A DNA stretch of 41,550 bases from a virus (Duplodnaviria > Caudoviricetes). Below, piece by piece: positions 33,705 to 41,550 of the stretch (positions are counted from its first letter, which is position 1; each line of letters opens with the position of its first letter). The notes under the pieces are model-generated. The model had not been told where the DNA came from and searched no databases. It saw only the letters and a list, made by a program, of their open reading frames with translations. The position numbers were made by a program, and so were the translations under genes. The DNA is taken from the IMG/VR virus record IMGVR_UViG_3300025368_000011, positions 1 to 41,550 of that record. The stretch is one strand, 5' to 3'.

Positions 33705-34450
33705 AATTCCTTCTTTGGCAAATGCCAGTTGGTATCAATGATTTTTGCGGCTTTAGCTACGCCTATCCCAGTGCATCCCGGTATATTGTCTGTAATGTCA
33801 CCGGAAAGAACCTGTGCCCAGAAAAACTTTTCTGCATCTTCATGGGACACAGTGTACCATACTTTTTTGAGATAGTCAAAGTGTACGCCGGGAATTTGGT
33901 CAAGGTCTTTGTCGATAGTAGCGACGACGTGTCTATGACCATCATCTACGCGCGCAGCAATGCTAATAGCGTCGTCGGCTTCAATTCCGTCAGTAAAGAC
34001 GGCGTTCCATTCCGTCCGGGCGTAGTCCCTGAGTGCCGCGTAGTGGACTGGTCGGTGTAGTTTGTCTCTGTTACCTTTGTATGGACGGACAGTTGCAATA
34101 CTGTCTCTGTAGTTCGTACCGTCCGTAAGATATACAGTAACTCCGCTGAAGTCGTCATAACGGTTGCTTACCTCGTTAATGATATGCTGAATTTGGAAAT
34201 TAAACGCTCTAATGGCGTTATCGACAGGCTCCGGAATAACGTGCCGTTCTTTATCAAGAATTACACAATCAGGATGCGCGGCGACCCATTCCTGCATTGC
34301 CGCGCCAGCCGTCGTCTCCGGTTCCGGCGCAAAATGTTTTTCAATAATGTTACCATCAGCGTCTTCAAGAACAAGGTGATATTCCGTGCGCTCTGCGGCA
34401 AACCCGCAACGGTAAATTGCGGGGTCAAGATCCAGCAGAAGTGTTGTCAT
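33551..34450 (-). CDS. 5'-3' exonuclease (T7 gp6 / FEN-like)
   Basis: LLDLD, NYR, YKGNR, EADD, DKDL and GD.TDNIPG..GIG motifs. Confidence 0.93.
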   Translation of the reverse strand: MTTLLLDLDPAIYRCGFAAERTEYHLVLEDADGNIIEKHFAPEPETTAGAAMQEWVAAHPDCVILDKERHVIPEPVDNAIRAFNFQIQHIINEVSNRYDDFSGVTVYLTDGTNYRDSIATVRPYKGNRDKLHRPVHYAALRDYARTEWNAVFTDGIEADDAISIAARVDDGHRHVVATIDKDLDQIPGVHFDYLKKVWYTVSHEDAEKFFWAQVLSGDITDNIPGCTGIGVAKAAKIIDTNWHLPKKELWNLIVTLYAKSQKLPKCEYKNRPAKDIALEMARLVKLQEYPNQLWNSPTT

Positions 34451-34725
34451 GCAAGCTCCGGATCGTCGTCGTCTACCAGTTCCGCGTCGAGGGCGGCAAC
34501 CGCCGCCCCCTTATTCTTACCCGACAGGGTATCCATAGCGTCCTGTAGCTGCTTCATATAGACAGCGGCATCCGGCATGGACGTACAAATACCCTCTACA
34601 ACGCCGTACTTTTTGTTTACGATAAAATAGACGGCGCGGCAACCTTCTGGAAACAGATCAGCCTTGATAACGCCGAGCGCGCAAAAGTAATCGCGCGTCT
34701 CGCCTACGGCAACCTTAGTCTTCAT
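34447..34725 (-). CDS. Hypothetical protein
   Basis: In-frame ATG at 34725 overlapping the upstream gene end. Confidence 0.6.
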   Translation of the reverse strand: MKTKVAVGETRDYFCALGVIKADLFPEGCRAVYFIVNKKYGVVEGICTSMPDAAVYMKQLQDAMDTLSGKNKGAAVAALDAELVDDDDPELA

Positions 34726-35299
34726 CCCCGTCATCGTCGGACGTGCCGGGCGCGGGGTAGCGGTCTTCTTCTTCGTCTGCTTCGTTTTCACGGCCATCTG
34801 CAACAGTCTCCAGAATACGCATAGTCTGCGTGTCGTTATAGAACTGAACGGTCAGCTTATCCGTCAGGGCAAGAAGCTGGTTGTAACGCGACGTTACGCC
34901 AGACTTGTTTGCCGCCTTCGACAATGGTAGAGCGTCCTTTTCGAGCAGTAGCTTGAGAAGCTCAAGGGCGTCTTTACGCGCTGACTGGTAATGAATTGAC
35001 TGGTCCCGACTACCGGCAAAATTCCCAGCGCGCGGCGCACTTGCCGAAGCATGATCGACCGGCTTAGTTATTGCCTTAAAATTCTCAAGTTTCTTGTACT
35101 GCCCATCGTCAACGAGTGTAAACTCGCCATACGCACCTTCGCTAAATGACGGCCGATCAAACCCAAAACTAACCCAGTTTGGATACTCGGCCCCGTTGTC
35201 AAGAACAATCTTTCCGCTGTACGCGGTCCACGGTCCGCGACGGCCCTGCCCAGTCTTTGACGCAATCTTAGCCACGCGGCCAACAATAATTTCACTCAC
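34715..35299 (-). CDS. Probable single-stranded DNA-binding protein
   Basis: OB-fold-like N-terminus with aromatics, very acidic C-terminal tail, position next to the polymerase. Confidence 0.55.
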   Translation of the reverse strand: MSEIIVGRVAKIASKTGQGRRGPWTAYSGKIVLDNGAEYPNWVSFGFDRPSFSEGAYGEFTLVDDGQYKKLENFKAITKPVDHASASAPRAGNFAGSRDQSIHYQSARKDALELLKLLLEKDALPLSKAANKSGVTSRYNQLLALTDKLTVQFYNDTQTMRILETVADGRENEADEEEDRYPAPGTSDDDGDED

Positions 35300-37305
35300 T
35301 TTACTTGCTCCCTTCCGTCTCTGTAGACGTTGTAACTGACTTCAGTTCCTTCTCCAAGAAACTTTCCAACTTTGATTCCGCATCCAAGCGGAACGTCGAA
35401 TCGTAGGCCATAAATTCTCTCAAGGTATTCATATACATCAAGCGTAAACGCTCGTTTGGCAACCTGTCGTATATCGTCCACAATTGCTGCGTCAATTTCG
35501 CACTGTACGCTGTCATGGACTGTGTTAACGACAAGAAGCTGTCCCGCATCCCTGTATCCCCTTGTACGATCCCAGAAGTATCTAAGGGCGATAGGTATGA
35601 TTTCAGCCGTTGCAAGTCCCTGAATTGGGTAATTAGAAACTTGAGTTCCGCAGTTGACGTGTCCGTTGTTGTTGATAGACGCATGGGGCCAGTAATACCT
35701 CAACCCCCACGGGGTTATTAGTTCTTTGTCCTTTAGTACGCGACTAATCCAAGTCTTTTGCGTCTCCGCTAGCGCATGGTATCGCTCCGCAAACGTCCGA
35801 TACCACCTTTCCTGCTCCGGTGTTCCAACCTTTCCTCCGTAGAGCGGTTTAAACGTCTCTGACTTTGCAGCTTGGCGGATTTCGATTGCTCTCTTATCTC
35901 CTGCTTTGTAGGCTTCAAGAAGTTCATAGTAGTCTCGCCGTGCCATGGCGGATCCGCTAAGGATATGAACGTCGAATGTCGGGTCATCAATATCAGCCTT
36001 TGCCTGTGGGTCATTACCAAGAAATGCGGCGACTCGGAACTCTAGCTGACTGCCGTCCGCCTCAAACATGAGCATATCTTCCCGTCTCGCTGTAAAGAGG
36101 CGCTTAAAAGCTCTAGGTAAATTCTGCAACTGAACAGATCCGTATTTGTTAGGGATTCCGCTAGAGGACAGCCTATGCGTTGCAGTTCTTGTCTGATTGA
36201 ATTCCGCGTGGAAAGTACCACCATAATCCTTGCAAATGCCCTGAAAATAATTAAGATTCTTAGATAGCGCGGAACCTACTTTGCCTATTTCATTCTTAAG
36301 TTCAATAAATGCCTTTTGTTCCGGCGTAACAGCGCGCAGCTTGTCAAGAGTTTTCTTGTCGGCTTTGCGCACGCCTGTCTTGGTCCGCTTAGGCTCTCCG
36401 CGCCTATCCCGTATTTCCTCAAACCCCAACTTATCGTACAGAAGGTCGGCTACCTGCTTAGGGCTGCGCCAGTTAATGCCACCCGCTAGCGCGTCAAACT
36501 CGGCCTCTAGTGTCACCAGCCGTTCCGTGTATTCGGCGTGTGCCGCGTTTACCCGGTCGCTATCCAAATGAACTCCGCACCGCTCCGTGTCCGCCAGTAC
36601 CGGCGTAATGATGCACCGGGTATACAGCACGGGTAGGCGCTTTGTATCCAGCAGTTTCTGCCGCTGCAACAAAAACAGCTTTTCAGTCGTCAGTACGTCA
36701 GTTGCGCAACGGCCAGTTACCCATTGCGGAGGCATATCCCGCACGTTAATGCCGTCTTTCATCCACATATCAACAATCGGGTCTTTCTGCGTCAATCCGT
36801 ATCGAACGCAACAATCAGCCAAACTAGTGCTAACAGGGGCAACGCCAGCCTCAAAATCTCCCGAAACAAGATTTCCGTAGAGGACGTACTCAGCGATTTT
36901 AGTATCAAAAACAAGGATATTGCTAAGATCAATACCGCATCTATATAGCCATCCCAACTCATACTTAGCGTTGTGGCACACGATGAAATCTGCCCGTTCA
37001 ATCGCGTCCAGCAGTTTAGACTGTTCATATTCACTGCCCCACTTGGCTCTTACGCGCCCCGAGTTGGCGGCGGTTTTCCAACAAGCAAGAGCAAGATTGT
37101 TGCGAGGATCAACAGGGTTGCCATATGCGCCATCCTCTACATACGTCTCAAAATCAAGAACAAGGTAATCATTACTCAGGAAAGTCTCCCAGCTTGTACT
37201 CGACAGCAGCACGCCCGGATCGCTTGGCTTCTCGGGCAAGGGCTGCGTTAAGCTGGGCCTTGATTTTGTTACCCTCTGCACGGCTGAGTCCGTCAAAATT
37301 ACCAC
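35296..37305 (-). CDS. Family A DNA polymerase with 3'-5' exonuclease domain (true start probably downstream of 37305)
   Basis: ExoI DFET, ExoII HNAKYE, TGR-equivalent THRLSS, motif A DGSQLEFR, motif B R..AK..TF..LYG, NYPIQ and motif C VHDS. Confidence 0.95.
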   Translation of the reverse strand: MVILTDSAVQRVTKSRPSLTQPLPEKPSDPGVLLSSTSWETFLSNDYLVLDFETYVEDGAYGNPVDPRNNLALACWKTAANSGRVRAKWGSEYEQSKLLDAIERADFIVCHNAKYELGWLYRCGIDLSNILVFDTKIAEYVLYGNLVSGDFEAGVAPVSTSLADCCVRYGLTQKDPIVDMWMKDGINVRDMPPQWVTGRCATDVLTTEKLFLLQRQKLLDTKRLPVLYTRCIITPVLADTERCGVHLDSDRVNAAHAEYTERLVTLEAEFDALAGGINWRSPKQVADLLYDKLGFEEIRDRRGEPKRTKTGVRKADKKTLDKLRAVTPEQKAFIELKNEIGKVGSALSKNLNYFQGICKDYGGTFHAEFNQTRTATHRLSSSGIPNKYGSVQLQNLPRAFKRLFTARREDMLMFEADGSQLEFRVAAFLGNDPQAKADIDDPTFDVHILSGSAMARRDYYELLEAYKAGDKRAIEIRQAAKSETFKPLYGGKVGTPEQERWYRTFAERYHALAETQKTWISRVLKDKELITPWGLRYYWPHASINNNGHVNCGTQVSNYPIQGLATAEIIPIALRYFWDRTRGYRDAGQLLVVNTVHDSVQCEIDAAIVDDIRQVAKRAFTLDVYEYLERIYGLRFDVPLGCGIKVGKFLGEGTEVSYNVYRDGREQVK

Positions 37306-37453
37306 CTTCCAGTAACTGTTCCATTACAAGCACCATCTGCCACGGCATATAGGGATAGTCCGCGTGCTGCCCCCACTGCTTATACGCCTTTAGGCATGAC
37401 TTGGCAATAACGATTGCCTGATCCAGTGTATACGTCTTATCTGCCATTGTCAA
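37172..37453 (-). CDS. Hypothetical protein
   Basis: Fills the operon gap; plausible ATG at codon 3; overlaps the 5' extension of the polymerase ORF. Confidence 0.6.
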   Translation of the reverse strand: MTMADKTYTLDQAIVIAKSCLKAYKQWGQHADYPYMPWQMVLVMEQLLEGGNFDGLSRAEGNKIKAQLNAALAREAKRSGRAAVEYKLGDFPE

Positions 37454-37472
37454 TACCCCAGTTTACCAAAAT

Positions 37473-37979
37473 TTACCAGCTACTATTGCTGCTGTCACTG
37501 CCGAACGAAGAAGATGAAGAAGAATCAAAGCTGCTACTATCGTTCCCGCCAGAAAAGCTGCTATTGCTATTGCTATCATACGTTGAATTACTCCATGAAC
37601 CAGACGCACCGGCCCCGGCAGACTCGCCACCGCCGCCCGTAAACGCGGCTACGTCGGCGGCAATGTGCTGCGAAAAGTCTTGAGCGGCAAACTCCGATAC
37701 AACGTCCGACAGCGGCATAAGCCGGTCTTCTGGCTTGTCGTTATTACTAAAACGTTCCTGCGAAAATCGCTGCACGTACACCGTATTCATCGTAATAATT
37801 GCAAGCGTGCCAGTTTCCGTATGCCGCGAAACGCTTTGTACAACAGACGTAGTAACGCGGTGATTATTACGCGCAAGCTCGTCGTCAGACAACGTATGGT
37901 GGCTGTAAACGCCGTCAAGGACAGCGCGATAACCAACGTCCGGACCCATAACAACAGTGTCAAAATAAACGGTATTCAT
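37473..37979 (-). CDS. Hypothetical protein with Gly/Ser low-complexity tail
   Basis: ATGA coupling to the helicase; H......V.TS.V....T.NTVY domain followed by FTGGGGESAGAGASGSW and poly-Ser. Confidence 0.7.
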   Translation of the reverse strand: MNTVYFDTVVMGPDVGYRAVLDGVYSHHTLSDDELARNNHRVTTSVVQSVSRHTETGTLAIITMNTVYVQRFSQERFSNNDKPEDRLMPLSDVVSEFAAQDFSQHIAADVAAFTGGGGESAGAGASGSWSNSTYDSNSNSSFSGGNDSSSFDSSSSSSFGSDSSNSSW

Positions 37980-39190
37980 CGAATAATGCTCCGTGAAAGA
38001 TCGACGTTAACAATAAAGCCTTCGCGGCTATGCGGCCCGCTGTCCAGCTTGTTTTTACACAGGCTAATGGCCCGCTGATTCATAGACAACATCTGACTAT
38101 TAGCTCCAATACCTAGCATAAGATCGACAGTACCGGGAAGCCCCACTCGGCTAGAGTCCACGTCGCCGGTACCCAGCCAAATAGGCGGTTCCTGATTGTG
38201 CCGGTCGGAACGGTCTCCAGCCTGCGTGACAGACACGCCGATAAGCCCGTACTCTGACAGCAAATTTCGGAATTTAATGGCATTACCTTCAAGCCTCTGC
38301 GTCATCCCGTCTTCGGGTCCAGACAAATTACGAATCTGATCGACAATAAGAACGTCCGGCCTAAAGTCCTCAATATCGCGCCGAATACTGGATATGCTGC
38401 CCGGCTGCAAATGCACAAGCCGCATATTGTCTTCTGCGCCGCTTTCCCTGTACGCGGTAATTGCGTCGTCCCGGTCGGCGTCAATCTCCTGCCGCGTGCG
38501 CTTTAGTACGCGCCCGATAAACCGCAACTTTATGGAATTAATATCGTCTTCGTTGCCCACGTAAAGGACTCGTTTCCCCCGTCGCAGAAATCCAGCACCC
38601 ATGTTGATCGTAAAGGCGGACTTACCAACTTCGGTACGTCCAAATACAAGGATATGGTGCCCCGGCAAAACTCCTCCGCCAATTCGCTCGTTAAGCGCTT
38701 TAGGGAGGACTGGAATTCGGTGTTCAACGCCAACTCGTTCAAAAATTCGTTCAACAGTTTCCGCGTAGATTCTTTGTTCGGGATCAAGTTCTGTTCGCTC
38801 CCATAGTTCATTCAGTGCAGAAAGTAATTTAGTAGCTTTTTCGCGGTCATTCGCCATCGCGGCGCTAGCAAACTCGGCAGTAGCGTTATAACGCTTAAGC
38901 TCCAGAACAGTAGACACCACATTAACAGCAGAAGCATCAACAGGCTCAGAAATAACGCTAATGAGAGCGTCCCGGTGTTTCGGATTACTGATTCTATTGT
39001 CGCCCAAAGACTGTAAAACGCTAACATCGCAAGTGCGAGCCGTGCTATCTCGGCTATAATACTCACAAACAATCTTCCACCAAAACGCCACAGGAGGCGA
39101 AAATTCGCGCTCTTTAACATGATTCTTTACACGCTCCCATGCGTTGCGGTCTTTAATAGCTCCCCACAAAATCGAGCGATCCATCGACAT
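37976..39190 (-). CDS. DnaB-like (SF4) replicative helicase
   Basis: Walker A GRTEVGKS, LYVGNED, LIVDQ, VTQA and KNK motifs. Confidence 0.92.
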   Translation of the reverse strand: MSMDRSILWGAIKDRNAWERVKNHVKEREFSPPVAFWWKIVCEYYSRDSTARTCDVSVLQSLGDNRISNPKHRDALISVISEPVDASAVNVVSTVLELKRYNATAEFASAAMANDREKATKLLSALNELWERTELDPEQRIYAETVERIFERVGVEHRIPVLPKALNERIGGGVLPGHHILVFGRTEVGKSAFTINMGAGFLRRGKRVLYVGNEDDINSIKLRFIGRVLKRTRQEIDADRDDAITAYRESGAEDNMRLVHLQPGSISSIRRDIEDFRPDVLIVDQIRNLSGPEDGMTQRLEGNAIKFRNLLSEYGLIGVSVTQAGDRSDRHNQEPPIWLGTGDVDSSRVGLPGTVDLMLGIGANSQMLSMNQRAISLCKNKLDSGPHSREGFIVNVDLSRSIIR

Positions 39191-39192
39191 TA

Positions 39193-39582
39193 TTACTTCA
39201 CCGTTAGATTAGTCACCGTATTAGGATTAGCAGTAATTACCTTGCACACTTCGTTAGAGGCGGCGGATACCAGACCGTTTGCATCGACGGCAAACGCCAC
39301 GTAGCACCGTGTTCCGGTCTTAAACGTCGTGTCGTTATACGTCACGCCGGGAAACAGAACCTTGGCATTGCCGACAGTGTACGGGCCATTATGCGGCCCC
39401 CATGAAATGTACGTAAACGAATCGTTAAGCAACGCCGTACCGTCTTCGCGCTGCGTCGGGTTTACCCACGATAGCTGCGCACCGACCGTTCCGTTCTGCG
39501 CAACAGAAATAGGATCGCACGCACTAAGCAGGCCGACGGCAACAAATACTGCGCATAACATAGATTTAATTAAATTTTTCAT
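39193..39582 (-). CDS. Lipoprotein with fibronectin-III-like domain
   Basis: Signal peptide with lipobox LSA-C; LSW..P...DG..L and Y...AVD..G..S..SN FN3 pattern. Confidence 0.75.
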   Translation of the reverse strand: MKNLIKSMLCAVFVAVGLLSACDPISVAQNGTVGAQLSWVNPTQREDGTALLNDSFTYISWGPHNGPYTVGNAKVLFPGVTYNDTTFKTGTRCYVAFAVDANGLVSAASNEVCKVITANPNTVTNLTVK

Positions 39583-39912
39583 TTAGTTTCCCCAGCAGAT
39601 CGCGGCGTCGATAGCTTTGCGCACGCTATTCGCTTTTAGATGCTGAGTAGACACGCTGAACATCTCGCACTGGCACGGAATGCCGCGCTTGCGCGCCAAG
39701 CTAATAAATTGAACAGTGCCGTGGTTCATAAGCTCGTTTTCGATCCAGTCCAGTCTCTCGGCGTCTTTTCGCAGCGCGTCCCGCTCACTCCGCGCCTCGA
39801 CCAGTTCGGCGGTGAGGCGGTCGTAATCTTCAACCGCGACCCATTCGCCATCGGTGTCTAAAACTACGTCGGCGTCGCTTCCGCAAAGCCGGTAGGTGTC
39901 TACGTCGCTCAC
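39583..39912 (-). CDS. Hypothetical protein with short coiled coil
   Basis: GEWV..EDYDRL and DAERLDW motifs common in phage accessory modules. Confidence 0.7.
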   Translation of the reverse strand: MSDVDTYRLCGSDADVVLDTDGEWVAVEDYDRLTAELVEARSERDALRKDAERLDWIENELMNHGTVQFISLARKRGIPCQCEMFSVSTQHLKANSVRKAIDAAICWGN

Positions 39913-40349
39913 TTCGCCTCCCCGGACAAGGCAGCTTTCGCAAGGCGGTAAATGTCGCCAATCAGCGCCACGGGCTTCTCGTACAGGCCGGTCAGTTCCT
40001 TGATTTCTTGCAACGCCTCCCGCAGTCTGTCCCGCTCGGCGCGCAGCTTGTTGTTTGAATCGTTGAGGTCCGCCATCAATTCGCCAAGCGTGACCGATTC
40101 GGCGTCTAAAGCGTCCCGCTCCCTCCGCGTTTCCTCAAGCTCGGCCTGCGACGCCAAAAGCAAGTCCGACATATCTTCATTGTTGCGCACTTGCTCACGC
40201 AAGTTCGCGGTAATGGCGTCGAAATCGGCGGCTTTCACCATCAACCCCGGCGTGTCATCGGGCATAGGCGGATTCGGCTCGTATATCCTGTCAACCCAGT
40301 ACCGCTTAACCTCCATCTTTCGGTCACTTGTGCAGTAGTATTCTTTCAC
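39909..40349 (-). CDS. Coiled-coil hypothetical protein
   Basis: Heptad pattern; ERDAL/ERDRLREAL. Confidence 0.7.
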   Translation of the reverse strand: MKEYYCTSDRKMEVKRYWVDRIYEPNPPMPDDTPGLMVKAADFDAITANLREQVRNNEDMSDLLLASQAELEETRRERDALDAESVTLGELMADLNDSNNKLRAERDRLREALQEIKELTGLYEKPVALIGDIYRLAKAALSGEAK

Positions 40350-40732
40350 TAAAATTTCACTCCCAGCCCCAGTTGTCCGTTATGCCATACTGTATCGTAT
40401 GTCATGCCGATTGTCAACCCCTGCCAGATACCAAATGCTAACTCATTGTTTTTTAACGAATAAGACACAATACCGTGCGCCACAAATTCGGCGGCGCACC
40501 AGCCAATAACGCTGCGCGTAGACGGCTTTTTACCAATCATCCACGGAATTTCCGCTTCGTAAACACCGGCTGTCCGCTGTATACGCGCCGTCTGCAAACA
40601 ATCCGCGCTATGTACGGCAACGTATGCTGCCTCTGTCAATACAAAAGCCGGCTTCGAGACGGGCGCGCCATGCGCATTACATGAAATTGCTAATGCGGCC
40701 GTGAATAAACAAAAGCTCGTTAGGCGACGCAT
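40349..40732 (-). CDS. Exported/membrane hypothetical protein
   Basis: AAGGA RBS before ATG at 40732; signal peptide MRRLTSFCLFTAALAISC; ends GLGVKF. Confidence 0.65.
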   Translation of the reverse strand: MRRLTSFCLFTAALAISCNAHGAPVSKPAFVLTEAAYVAVHSADCLQTARIQRTAGVYEAEIPWMIGKKPSTRSVIGWCAAEFVAHGIVSYSLKNNELAFGIWQGLTIGMTYDTVWHNGQLGLGVKF

Positions 40733-41504
40733 TTTTAATATCCTTTGTAAGAACGAGCACGTTAAACTTCTTAAAAGCACTGCCCCATTTGCGGGCGTGT
40801 GCAAACGCCTGTCCGGTCGCGTCGGCGTCAAGCGCCATAACCACGTTTGCAACGTGTTGCTGCTGTAACTCTGCAATCTTTTCTTCGTTTAACCCGGTGC
40901 CCATTAACGCGACGGCTGTAAAGCCCGCACATTGCGCTAAGCGCATAGCCGATAGGCTATCCTCGACTAAAACAACCGGCGGGCTTTGCCCGACGCTAAA
41001 CGCTCGTTCTCCCCTATGCCAAGACATTACCGGCTCATCCGTAATCATATACGTTAGCGCCTTGGGCGCATTAGAGTCCGTATACGCCATTTTCTCACGT
41101 AGGGGGCTACCTACGTAGGGCAGACGCGCGATATGCCCTCTGACGCGCCCTGTGGGGCTTAGAATGGGTATTAGGTAACGCTGTTTCTCCGTAATCTTGA
41201 AATTAACCGGCTCAATGTGGTACGTGTTAATAAAAAACTCGCGGTCGGCATCGGGCAACGGGTACACCATATCGCTTTGTGGCCGGACTCGGCTCGTCCT
41301 GTGATGCACCGCCGGGTTAGGGTGACTGTGGAACCCTACGCGCCCACGGTCGCCGCACGACGCGCGGTGACAAATCCACTGCGCCGTGCCTCCGCTGACG
41401 TTAGCGCTCAGCGATTTATCTGTGCTGCCACAAGCAGCGCAACGTAGACCCGTATGTTGCCCATCGGGCAACGATAAAACTAATGCTTGATTGTTACTAA
41501 ACAT
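40677..41504 (-). CDS. DNA primase (zinc-binding domain + TOPRIM), separate from the helicase
   Basis: CAAC...CHRASC zinc domain; LVED..SA, ALMGT and ALDADA TOPRIM motifs. Confidence 0.9.
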   Translation of the reverse strand: MFSNNQALVLSLPDGQHTGLRCAACGSTDKSLSANVSGGTAQWICHRASCGDRGRVGFHSHPNPAVHHRTSRVRPQSDMVYPLPDADREFFINTYHIEPVNFKITEKQRYLIPILSPTGRVRGHIARLPYVGSPLREKMAYTDSNAPKALTYMITDEPVMSWHRGERAFSVGQSPPVVLVEDSLSAMRLAQCAGFTAVALMGTGLNEEKIAELQQQHVANVVMALDADATGQAFAHARKWGSAFKKFNVLVLTKDIKNASPNELLFIHGRISNFM

Positions 41505-41519
41505 TATGATACCCTAAGA

Positions 41520-41550
41520 ATTAAGATATTAATATATATATATATATATA
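41520..41550. repeat. Terminal AT/(TA)n tract, continuous with the tract at the window start
   Basis: ATATATATATATATATATA at the end; minus-strand gene order continues across the junction. Confidence 0.85.

Noticed and set aside
1-41550. Integrase, repressor, single-subunit RNA polymerase, tRNA genes, reverse transcriptase/DGR
   Set aside because: No diagnostic motifs or cloverleaf structures seen by eye; a tRNAscan/HMM search would be needed to exclude them fully

Overview
The window appears to be an essentially complete, circularly permuted ~41.5 kb lytic podovirus genome, broken inside a (TA)n tract. It has two arms. A minus-strand early/middle arm starts at ~5.26 kb (DUF932-like protein, small genes, amidoligase, class II glutamine amidotransferase, truncated sigma factor), wraps through the ends, and continues with primase, DnaB-like helicase, family A DNA polymerase, probable SSB, 5'-3' exonuclease, endonuclease I, dNMP kinase and an RNase H-fold exonuclease, ending at 30391. 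A plus-strand late arm (6655-30394) holds a 6 kb block of small fibre/decoration-like and low-complexity proteins, TerS, TerL, portal, scaffold, major capsid, tail tube proteins, fibre, three ejection-type proteins and lysis genes. I saw no RNA polymerase, integrase, tRNA or CRISPR array. The layout and the sigma+amidoligase+GATase set recall PA11/CW02-type (Zobellviridae-like) and phiEco32-like phages; this is inference, not a database result. The most striking signals are in the 1.4 kb non-coding region between the arms. (1) A ~500 bp packed array of different host transcription-factor-like sites (DnaA, PmrA/CtrA-type, Pho-box-like, FNR, Fur, GntR/FadR-like and several perfect palindromes) lies at the probable physical genome end. 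(2) A multipartite promoter, GGCAT-N14-CAGTATATA-N4-GTAAGAGAGATA, occurs at the head of the replication operon and of the late operon, and is probably read by the phage's region-2-only sigma factor. (3) A five-hairpin, purine-spaced leader follows the late promoter. Several tiny late proteins also share short peptide motifs, notably QS[ST]DxxN[KR]Y. All family assignments come from motif recognition by eye.
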